Positions 1 to 6,641 of a stretch of DNA of 10,858 bases are shown here, one piece after another. The notes below the pieces were generated by a model. The model was not told the DNA's origin, ran no database searches, and saw only the letters and a program-made list of their open reading frames with translations. A program made the translations under genes and the position numbers. The DNA is from Thermoplasmata archaeon (GTDB taxonomy: Archaea; Thermoplasmatota; Thermoplasmata; GCA-020350865). Where the stretch lies: assembly GCA_020348445.1 (NCBI GenBank), contig CP070751.1, positions 1,338,571-1,349,428 of the forward strand, read 5' to 3'. Numbering within the stretch: position 1 is the stretch's first letter; each line of letters begins with the position of its first letter.

Positions 1-1
1 T

Positions 2-37
2 GGACTGTTAATAGCGACTAATCAAGTGAATGCAGCT
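2..37 (+). other. C-terminal part of a Sec signal peptide with signal peptidase I site (VNA|A or NAA|G)
   Basis: GLLIATNQVNAA precedes GPTYVSG, which reads as the start of the mature beta-helix cap. Small residues sit at -3/-1. The hydrophobic core is mostly outside the window. Confidence 0.6.
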
Positions 38-3000
38 GGACCGACCTATGTAAGTGGTCCTATAAGCGCAGATACAACCTGGTATTTTGGAGACAGCCCA
101 TATATTGTGACGGGAGATGTGACCGTGGAACCCGGGGCTACCCTGACAATCGAGCCCGGGGTTGAGGTGCGCTTAGATCCCACATTTACGATCTTCGTGG
201 ACGGGACATTGATCGCCAATGGCACAAATGCGGATAGGATTACCTTCACATCAAATCTTAGTGTACCCGCAAAAGGAGATTGGTATACCATTCGATTGAG
301 GACTGATTACAATCTAATAAACAATACAGACATCGAGTATGCCTCGTATGGTGTTTTCATAACATTTTTCGGAACCCACAACACTGTAGCAAATTCAACC
401 ATCAATAATTGTGAATATGATGGGATCTATATAACAAACAGCGATAATAACCTGATATACAACTGTACAATCACTTCAAACGATAGATATGGAATAACAA
501 TTTACGAATCCTATGCAACGCATGTTGAAAATTGCACTATCCAATATAATAATTTCTTTGGAATAAACCTCAATGCCTCAACTTTCACAGAAATTTATGA
601 TACCAATATCTCATATAATAGCGGAAAAGGGATTTTATTATACAGTAATTCTCACAATACGACAATTTCAGGTTGTGAAATAGACTTGAACAATCATAAC
701 GGGATTGACCTTTGGGGAACTCCAGATAATGATATCATAGATACAACAGTTATTGGTAATAAGGGAATTGGAATAGATTTTGGCAAGAAAACCAAACATC
801 AATGGATCGAAAACTGTACAATAACAAATAACGAAAACACTGGGATTGATTTAAGGGGATCAAGTCGTTCAGATATTGTGGAATGTGAGATTTCCTGGAA
901 TAAAGGTCAAGGTGGAATTTATTCGGCAAATCCGGTTAATTGTATTGACATCGTAAAAACAGATATATTAAATAATTTAGCTGGGAATGGAATCGATATC
1001 TATGAAGCTAAATGGATAAATATTACTGATTCAAATATATCAAAAAATATCGGGAATGGGATTTTTTTTAATAACTCGGTGATTCATTCATATAATGAAA
1101 TAAAGAACTGTACAGTAGCTGAAAATGGTATCAATGGTGTGCTTTTTCATGTTGAAAACTTTAATGATAACTCATTCCTCAAATACAACAGTATATTATC
1201 AAATAAAATATATTTAAACAACCAACAAGGTATATATTTTCATACCCATGAAGATGCTAGCATGGATTATACTTACATTCAATCTAACAACATATATTCA
1301 AATATTATCTATTCAAATATCCAAAACGGGATTTTATTTTTCTCATATGACCATCATGAGGCTTATGTTCAAAACAATAATATTCATTCAAACACAATTT
1401 ATTCACACAATCAAAGCGGGATATCCTTTATCGCTGCCCGGACATGGAGATATTATATCCAAAACAACAACATCCACTCTAACTCAATTTATTCGAATAA
1501 TAATACCGGTATTAACTTCGATAGCTACAAATTGCACAGTCCTAATGAATATCACATCCTAAATAATAATATATATTCTAATACTATTTATTCAAATGGA
1601 CAATTTGGTATTCATTTGTATGCATTTGCTACTGGCGAATCCCAAATAGAAAATAATAATATATATTCTAATAAAATTTATCATCACGTAGGTAGCAATT
1701 CAAGTTTAGGTGATGCCTTAGATAATAACTGTTTACATTTTACCACCGGAGCAGATTCGTATTGGACGGTGGATACATCAACTTACCATCATGATGGTGA
1801 CTCTGCCAAGAGTGGTAGGATTTCGCACAATCAAAGAACCTATATCGAGACCAATGTATTAGGACCTGGTACATTAAGTTTCTATTGGACATCAAGTACA
1901 GAAGATGATGCTGTTGAATTTTATTTAGATGGTGATTATCAAACACAAATAAAAGGTGAACAACCTAATTGGATACAAAAAATATATGATATACCTCCCG
2001 GTTTTCACTCCTTAAGTTGGGTTTATATTAAAGATGGTAGTATTTCGGGTGGATTAGATTGCGGTTGGCTTGATAAGATCGAATTTACAGGCCAATATTT
2101 AAACTCTGGGATTTTTTTACATGCAGATTATCCTACTGCAAACTGGCAGGAATCCAATATTTATAATAATACAATCATTTCGAACATATATGGTATTATA
2201 TTGTCAAATATAAAATCACATGCTATTTATTCTAATAATATTTCCTGCAATAAAGAAGGGGTGTGGTTAAGACAATCAACATCCAATAGTATTCGTTACA
2301 ATAATATCACCAATAATAATGGGACTGGTATTAATTTAACCTTATCATCATCCAATAACATCATCGAGAACAATAACATAACTTCCAACAACAAATCAGG
2401 GATTTTAATAATTGAGGATTCAAATGATAATATTATTTTCCGCAATAATATTTCACATAATGCTGGCATCGGCTTAAATATAATAGATGCATCAGGCAAT
2501 CAAATCCATCACAACAATTTCGTAAACAACACCCAAAACGCCTACGACTCCACCATCGCTCTTAACGACTGGGACGATGGTGCGGAAGGAAACTTCTGGT
2601 CAGATTACTTGGGCAGCGATGATAACGGTGACGGGTTCGGAGAGGATCCGTATGTGATCCCGGGCGGGGGAAGCCGGGACTGGCATCCATTTATTCAATA
2701 TGTGAATGTAACCCCTCCGTACATCATCTTTACAACACCTGCAGATGACGAGATTAATGTTCCTGTTGATACAAACATCTCGATATTCTTCTCCAAGGAG
2801 ATGGACACGGCATCTGTGGAGGGTGCAATTTCGATCTCAGGCGGCTTAACGCCCACAGGTTTTGTATGGGAACCCGGAAACAGGAACGTCACCTTCACCC
2901 CGTCCTCGATTCTGGAGATGGCAACAAAATATACTGTCACTATCACAACGGATGCAATGGACTCCGAGGGATTCAGAATCAGGATTGCATATATATTCAC

Positions 3001-5995
3001 ATTCACCACACTGGATGTAGACCCCCCCGTAATACTTCTGACCTCACCGGTGAACGGGGATACGTTTGTCGATAGAAACGCTCCTGTGGTTGTGACATTC
3101 AACGAGTCCATGAACATCACCTCGGTTACCTTTTCATGCTTCCCCGATCCCGGCGGATGGACAGTAAGCTGGAACGAGAACAGAACAGTGGCCACGTACT
3201 CACACAATAAATTCGGTAATGAGGCAACCTATACATTCAATATCACTGCGGCAAGGGACCTTGCAGGCCTTGACCTTGTTGCAGGTCCAGTTCCGAATCC
3301 GTGGTGGTTCTCAACTCCCGATACCGTGGGACCCGAGATAACCTCGACATCTCCTTTCTACGATGAAGAGAATGTTTCAACTACCGCAAATATTGTGGTG
3401 GACTTCAATGAAGAGATAGATTTGCCCTCCATTACATTTACCTGTTTACCGGATTCACTGGGATGGTCTGTTGTCTGGACCAACAACAACAAGACCGCGA
3501 CATTCTCGCATAATGAATTTACCGAAAGAACCTGGTATTCCTTCCATGTAACAGGGGCAAAGGACCTTCTTGGAAATGATCTCAATCCAGGGCCAGTTCC
3601 CAATCCCTGGACCTTTACAACCACGGGAGATTATATTCCACCACAGATCACCCTGACATCTCCTGCAAATAATACGTTCGATGTGGAACTGGATGCAGGT
3701 ATCATTGTGACATTCAATGAGGCAATGGATAATACCTCCTTGAATTTCATCTGTATCCCGGATCCAGAGGGTTGGTCCGTAAGTTGGAGCGGTGGAAACA
3801 CAATCGTTACCTTTTCGCACAATCCCTTCGAAAATGCAACAACCTATACATTCCACATCAATACCGGAAAGGATGTTGCAGGGAACGATCTCGGTCCAGG
3901 TGCTGTTCCGAATCCCTGGTCATTCACCACGGTTGGTGATCTGGTGGCACCTGAAATCATTTCCACATCACCAGTGCATAACGAAGTGGATGTACACCCC
4001 GCTGCAGATATCGTGGTAACATTCAATGAAGCAATGGACCCGCTATCTCTTGGTTATACCTGCACTCCCGATCCAGGAGGATGGTCCGAAAGCTGGAGCA
4101 CCGGGGATATGATCGTGACCTTTACACACGATCAGTTTGAAATAGAGACCACCTATATCTTCCAGATCACCACTGCAAGAGATAGATCAGGTAATGACCT
4201 TATTTCGGGAACTGTTCCAAATCCATGGTTATTTACCACTGTAGGGGACATTATCGGTCCTCAAATTATTTTGACCTCACCAGCAGATAATGAAGTCGAT
4301 GTTGACCCATCTGTAGATATTATAGTAACATTCAATGAAGCTATGGATAACTCATCTCTCAATTATCTTTGCATTCCCGACCCAGGTGGATGGTCTGAAA
4401 GCTGGAGTAATGGAGATACTGTTGTTACCTTTACCCATAATCCGCTTGTGCATGGAACCATAATTAATTTTTATATCATTGCAGCAAAAGATATTTCAGG
4501 AAATGATCTTACTCCAGGTGCTGTTCCTAATCCATGGTCATTTACTACCTCAGATCTTGTAGCACCGGAAATCACATCGGCCTCACCAGCAGATAATGAA
4601 ATTGATGTGGAGCAGAACACTAATATTGAAGTTATATTCAGCGAACCAATGGATACAGCCTCGATTAGTTTTATCTGTACTCCCGATCCTGGAGGATGGT
4701 CTGAAAGTTGGAGTAATGGGGATACCGTTATCACCTTTTCACATAATCCTTTTGCATTTAAAACACTCTATGATTTTTATATCATCGGGGGAAAAGATAT
4801 CTCAGGGAATGATCTTGATTCCGGTTTGGTTCCAAATCCCTGGTCATTTACCACGATAAGAGAATTGGTTGCACCACAAATCATTTCTACAGACCCATTA
4901 GAAAATGAGATCAATGTAGATCTGGATAGGAACATAATAGTAACATTCAGCGAGGCAATGGATACTTCATCAATTGCTTATATTTGCACACCAGATCCTG
5001 GAGGATGGTTTGTGGGCTGGAGCAATGGAGATAAAGTTTTCACCCTGTCACATAACCCTTTTTTGGTTGGAACTATATATTCATTCCAGATAACGTCTGC
5101 AAAAGATATTTCGGGAAATGATTTTACGGGAGGCCCAGTTCCTAATCCCTGGTCATTTACCACTCAAGCAGACCTGGTTGCACCCCAAATTGATTCGACA
5201 TCGCCTTTTGATGATGAAGTCAATGTTAATGTGCGAACATATATCATTGTAGAATTCAGCGAAGCTATGGATACATCGACCATCGAGTATAAATGCTCTC
5301 CAGATCCCGGGGGATGGTTTGAGAGCTGGAGCGATGGAAATACGGTACTTACCTTACTACACAATTCATTTGATATTGGAACCACCTATACATTCGATGT
5401 CACTGCCGCAAAAGACCTATCCGGTAATAATCTAGCTTCGGGCGCGGTCCCCAGCTCTTGGGACTTTACGACGGTCTCTCTGAATTCAATAATCATTACC
5501 CCCTCCGAGGTGAGCGTTTACCAAAATGATACGATTATTCTTATTGCTTGGGCGTTTGATTCCCAGAATAATCCGATAACAGATGTTACATATACTTGGA
5601 CTTTAAGCAATGATCTTGGCACAATCTCATCTCAGCGCTCCCAAATCGCAGTCTTCCAAGCGAAATCGAATATTGGAACCTGTTATATAAATGTTACTTC
5701 TGGTGGAAAGATCGCAAGTGCGAAAGTAACAATAAAATCTATTGATTTGGAAGAAGAAGAACCTGCAGATGAGGAACCTGAAAATCTGTTGTGGCTTTGG
5801 TTCCTAATCCTTGTAATCGTGATTATAAGTTTAATCAATCTACGGGTTGCAATGAAGAAAGAGAAGCCGAAGATCGAAGAAAAAAGTGCTGAGCCCGCCG
5901 AGAAAGAAACCACTTTGGAAGATATGGAAAAAGATGAAGAGGAGATAATCGAGGAATCGAATTCTGAGATTCCACCTTCTCCACCCTCCGATTAA
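2..5995 (+). CDS. Large membrane-anchored cell-surface protein: parallel beta-helix (PbH1/NosD-like) + inserted beta-sandwich + 9 Big_5/SbsA-type Ig + Big_2-type Ig + C-terminal TM helix; 5'-partial
   Basis: The ORF track gives 26..5995 (1989 aa, GTG start), but the frame is open from nt 2 (GLLIATNQVNAAGPTY), so the true start is probably upstream of the window. Repeated IxNxxIxxNxxxGI coils, a GNFWSDY...DGFGEDPY motif, nine ~102-103 aa Ig repeats, TM segment LLWLWFLILVIVIISLINL followed by RVAMKKEKPK, TAA at 5993-5995. Confidence 0.93.
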   Translation, partial: GLLIATNQVNAAGPTYVSGPISADTTWYFGDSPYIVTGDVTVEPGATLTIEPGVEVRLDPTFTIFVDGTLIANGTNADRITFTSNLSVPAKGDWYTIRLRTDYNLINNTDIEYASYGVFITFFGTHNTVANSTINNCEYDGIYITNSDNNLIYNCTITSNDRYGITIYESYATHVENCTIQYNNFFGINLNASTFTEIYDTNISYNSGKGILLYSNSHNTTISGCEIDLNNHNGIDLWGTPDNDIIDTTVIGNKGIGIDFGKKTKHQWIENCTITNNENTGIDLRGSSRSDIVECEISWNKGQGGIYSANPVNCIDIVKTDILNNLAGNGIDIYEAKWINITDSNISKNIGNGIFFNNSVIHSYNEIKNCTVAENGINGVLFHVENFNDNSFLKYNSILSNKIYLNNQQGIYFHTHEDASMDYTYIQSNNIYSNIIYSNIQNGILFFSYDHHEAYVQNNNIHSNTIYSHNQSGISFIAARTWRYYIQNNNIHSNSIYSNNNTGINFDSYKLHSPNEYHILNNNIYSNTIYSNGQFGIHLYAFATGESQIENNNIYSNKIYHHVGSNSSLGDALDNNCLHFTTGADSYWTVDTSTYHHDGDSAKSGRISHNQRTYIETNVLGPGTLSFYWTSSTEDDAVEFYLDGDYQTQIKGEQPNWIQKIYDIPPGFHSLSWVYIKDGSISGGLDCGWLDKIEFTGQYLNSGIFLHADYPTANWQESNIYNNTIISNIYGIILSNIKSHAIYSNNISCNKEGVWLRQSTSNSIRYNNITNNNGTGINLTLSSSNNIIENNNITSNNKSGILIIEDSNDNIIFRNNISHNAGIGLNIIDASGNQIHHNNFVNNTQNAYDSTIALNDWDDGAEGNFWSDYLGSDDNGDGFGEDPYVIPGGGSRDWHPFIQYVNVTPPYIIFTTPADDEINVPVDTNISIFFSKEMDTASVEGAISISGGLTPTGFVWEPGNRNVTFTPSSILEMATKYTVTITTDAMDSEGFRIRIAYIFTFTTLDVDPPVILLTSPVNGDTFVDRNAPVVVTFNESMNITSVTFSCFPDPGGWTVSWNENRTVATYSHNKFGNEATYTFNITAARDLAGLDLVAGPVPNPWWFSTPDTVGPEITSTSPFYDEENVSTTANIVVDFNEEIDLPSITFTCLPDSLGWSVVWTNNNKTATFSHNEFTERTWYSFHVTGAKDLLGNDLNPGPVPNPWTFTTTGDYIPPQITLTSPANNTFDVELDAGIIVTFNEAMDNTSLNFICIPDPEGWSVSWSGGNTIVTFSHNPFENATTYTFHINTGKDVAGNDLGPGAVPNPWSFTTVGDLVAPEIISTSPVHNEVDVHPAADIVVTFNEAMDPLSLGYTCTPDPGGWSESWSTGDMIVTFTHDQFEIETTYIFQITTARDRSGNDLISGTVPNPWLFTTVGDIIGPQIILTSPADNEVDVDPSVDIIVTFNEAMDNSSLNYLCIPDPGGWSESWSNGDTVVTFTHNPLVHGTIINFYIIAAKDISGNDLTPGAVPNPWSFTTSDLVAPEITSASPADNEIDVEQNTNIEVIFSEPMDTASISFICTPDPGGWSESWSNGDTVITFSHNPFAFKTLYDFYIIGGKDISGNDLDSGLVPNPWSFTTIRELVAPQIISTDPLENEINVDLDRNIIVTFSEAMDTSSIAYICTPDPGGWFVGWSNGDKVFTLSHNPFLVGTIYSFQITSAKDISGNDFTGGPVPNPWSFTTQADLVAPQIDSTSPFDDEVNVNVRTYIIVEFSEAMDTSTIEYKCSPDPGGWFESWSDGNTVLTLLHNSFDIGTTYTFDVTAAKDLSGNNLASGAVPSSWDFTTVSLNSIIITPSEVSVYQNDTIILIAWAFDSQNNPITDVTYTWTLSNDLGTISSQRSQIAVFQAKSNIGTCYINVTSGGKIASAKVTIKSIDLEEEEPADEEPENLLWLWFLILVIVIISLINLRVAMKKEKPKIEEKSAEPAEKETTLEDMEKDEEEIIEESNSEIPPSPPSD
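38..2695 (+). other. Right-handed parallel beta-helix region (PbH1/Beta_helix, NosD-like C-terminal part) with N-cap and C-cap
   Basis: N-cap WYFGDSPYIVTGDVTVEPGATLTIEPGVEV...GTLIANGT...ITFTS...GDW. About 23-aa coils such as NCTITSNDRYGITI, NCTIQYNNFFGINL, NNITSNNKSGILI. C-cap GNFWSDYLGSDDNGDGFGEDPYVIPGGGSRDWHPF at 2588-2692. Confidence 0.88.
1706..2092 (+). other. About 129-aa beta-sandwich (MAM/CBM-like jelly roll) inserted in the beta-helix
   Basis: LGDALDNNCLHFTTG...W...DSAKSGRISHNQRTYIET...GPGTLSFYW..S.E.D...FYLDG...W...Y.IPPG.HSLSW.Y.KD.S...G.DCGWLD.I.F. It has no Asn-ladder coil pattern and resembles a module I recognise from other secreted multidomain proteins; the exact family is not assigned. 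Confidence 0.7.
2711..5473 (+). repeat. Nine tandem Ig-like domains (Big_5/SbsA-type), 300-309 nt each
   Basis: Units at 2711-3010, 3011-3316, 3317-3622, 3623-3931, 3932-4240, 4241-4549, 4550-4855, 4856-5164, 5165-5473. Consensus D..[AGP]P.I..TSP......V......IVTF[NS]E.MD. Units 2-9 also share CxPDPGGW..SW, [KR]D..GNDL..G.VPNPW.FTT. Confidence 0.92.
5474..5746 (+). other. Membrane-proximal Ig-like domain (Big_2-type)
   Basis: SLNSIIITPSEVSV...I.LIA.AFDSQNNPI...YTW.....G.IS......F.A...GT..I.VTSGG..ASAKVTI. Confidence 0.7.
5786..5842 (+). other. C-terminal transmembrane anchor
   Basis: 19 mostly hydrophobic residues LLWLWFLILVIVIISLINL, with an acidic linker (EEEEPADEEPE) before and a basic patch (RVAMKKEKPK) after, consistent with the positive-inside rule. 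An acidic, Pro-ending tail follows. Confidence 0.9.
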
Positions 5996-6035
5996 TTTGT
6001 CTCTATGAGCCTGGATATCCCCAAATTCCAAGACC

Positions 6036-6084
6036 TCGTGCACCCTTCTCTCACTTAGGTGTTCTTTACATTCCCCCTTTCCTC
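6036..6084 (+). terminator. Pyrimidine-rich tract after gene 1, possible archaeal-type termination region
   Basis: C/T-rich sequence (CCCTTCTCTCAC...TTCTTTACATTCCCCCTTTCCTC) starts about 40 nt after the stop. There is no long T-run and no strong hairpin. Confidence 0.3.
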
Positions 6085-6429
6085 ATTCGAGGTCTAATAG
6101 TGTGTGCGGTAATAGATCTCCTATAAGACACTGCAAAATCCCGGACATCGACGCAAAATAGGGGCTAGGAGTGTGGGGAATTTGGTGGAGGTGAGAGAAC
6201 CAGGGGAGTCGGGAGGATGTTTCGGGGGAAGGAAAGGAGGGAGGAGGGGTGTGGGGATGCGGCTGGAATATTTTGAGATCGAGGGAGATGATGAAAGGAA
6301 AGTGTCCCCAACCCCAAGAAATAAAAATTTATCGGATCAGATAGCCGCGATTATGCGAGGAAGGGAGAGGGTTGAAAGCAATATACCTTTTAAAAAAATG
6401 AGATATTAATTTAAATGAAAAAGTTCGTA

Positions 6430-6447
6430 CCAAAAATTTTTTATATT
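6430..6447 (+). promoter_or_regulatory. Archaeal-type BRE + TATA box for gene 2
   Basis: CCAAAAATTTTTTATATT: an A-run followed by TTTATA (6440-6445), about 110 nt upstream of the ATG. Other TATA-like AT runs lie nearby (6388-6395, 6410-6416, 6446-6453), so the active box is uncertain. Confidence 0.55.
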
Positions 6448-6542
6448 TTAAAGAACATGTAATATGCGGATCAAAGCTACGATTGAGGGAAGGAAGATTA
6501 AGACAACTTAAAAGAATTCCTTCTTTCTAAAACGAATGTGTT

Positions 6543-6548
6543 GGAGGA
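6543..6548 (+). promoter_or_regulatory. Shine-Dalgarno site of gene 2
   Basis: GGAGGA, 6 nt upstream of ATG 6555. Confidence 0.85.
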
Positions 6549-6554
6549 ATTTAA

Positions 6555-6641
6555 ATGAGGGCTATAAATAGGAAAATCTTACCAATAATTTTGTGTGTCC
6601 TAGTATTGTTGAGTACATTAACATTACCCATAGCTGTTGCA
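6555..6641 (+). other. Sec signal peptide of gene 2
   Basis: Basic n-region (MRAINRK), hydrophobic h-region (ILPIILCVLVLL), A-V-A cleavage motif at residues 27-29. Confidence 0.85.

Noticed and set aside
2519-2575. AAC-rich stretch as a diversity-generating retroelement template repeat
   Set aside because: I found no near-identical second copy differing only at adenines and no reverse transcriptase in the window. It is better explained as a codon-usage shift.
2150-2695. nosD (nitrous oxide reductase maturation) assignment
   Set aside because: The NosD-like beta-helix and GNxWSDY motif are common in unrelated surface proteins. There are no nosZ/F/Y/L genes in the window and the domain is embedded in a ~2000-aa anchored protein.
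3011-5473. Periodic DNA repeats as a CRISPR array
   Set aside because: The period is 306-309 nt, in frame and degenerate at third codon positions, so these are protein domain repeats and not repeat-spacer units.
46-5913. Short ORF-track entries overlapping gene 1 on either strand (e.g. 2695..3207 minus, 3455..3856 minus, 1248..1562 plus)
   Set aside because: They lie fully inside a long, well-supported CDS, recur with the Ig periodicity and show no recognisable motifs; they are shadow ORFs.
5840-6043. 67-aa minus-strand ORF overlapping the end of gene 1
   Set aside because: It is mostly antisense to the Glu-rich tail, which gives a Phe/Leu-rich shadow translation. Its GTG start has only a weak purine-rich upstream sequence.
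6115-6133. Vague resemblance of AGATCTCCTATAAGACACT to the Tn5/Nextera mosaic end
   Set aside because: Too many mismatches and an indel relative to AGATGTGTATAAGAGACAG; not credible as adapter contamination.
6187-6194. Perfect SD sequence GGAGGTGA
   Set aside because: There is no start codon at a usable distance downstream, and it lies within a purine-rich tract.
6173-6409. 78-aa plus-strand intergenic ORF (or a 50-aa version from ATG 6257 with GGAGG at 6243-6247)
   Set aside because: The first half simply translates the G-rich tract, SD-like words are expected by chance there, and there is no recognisable motif. A small protein cannot be fully excluded without Ribo-seq or homologs.
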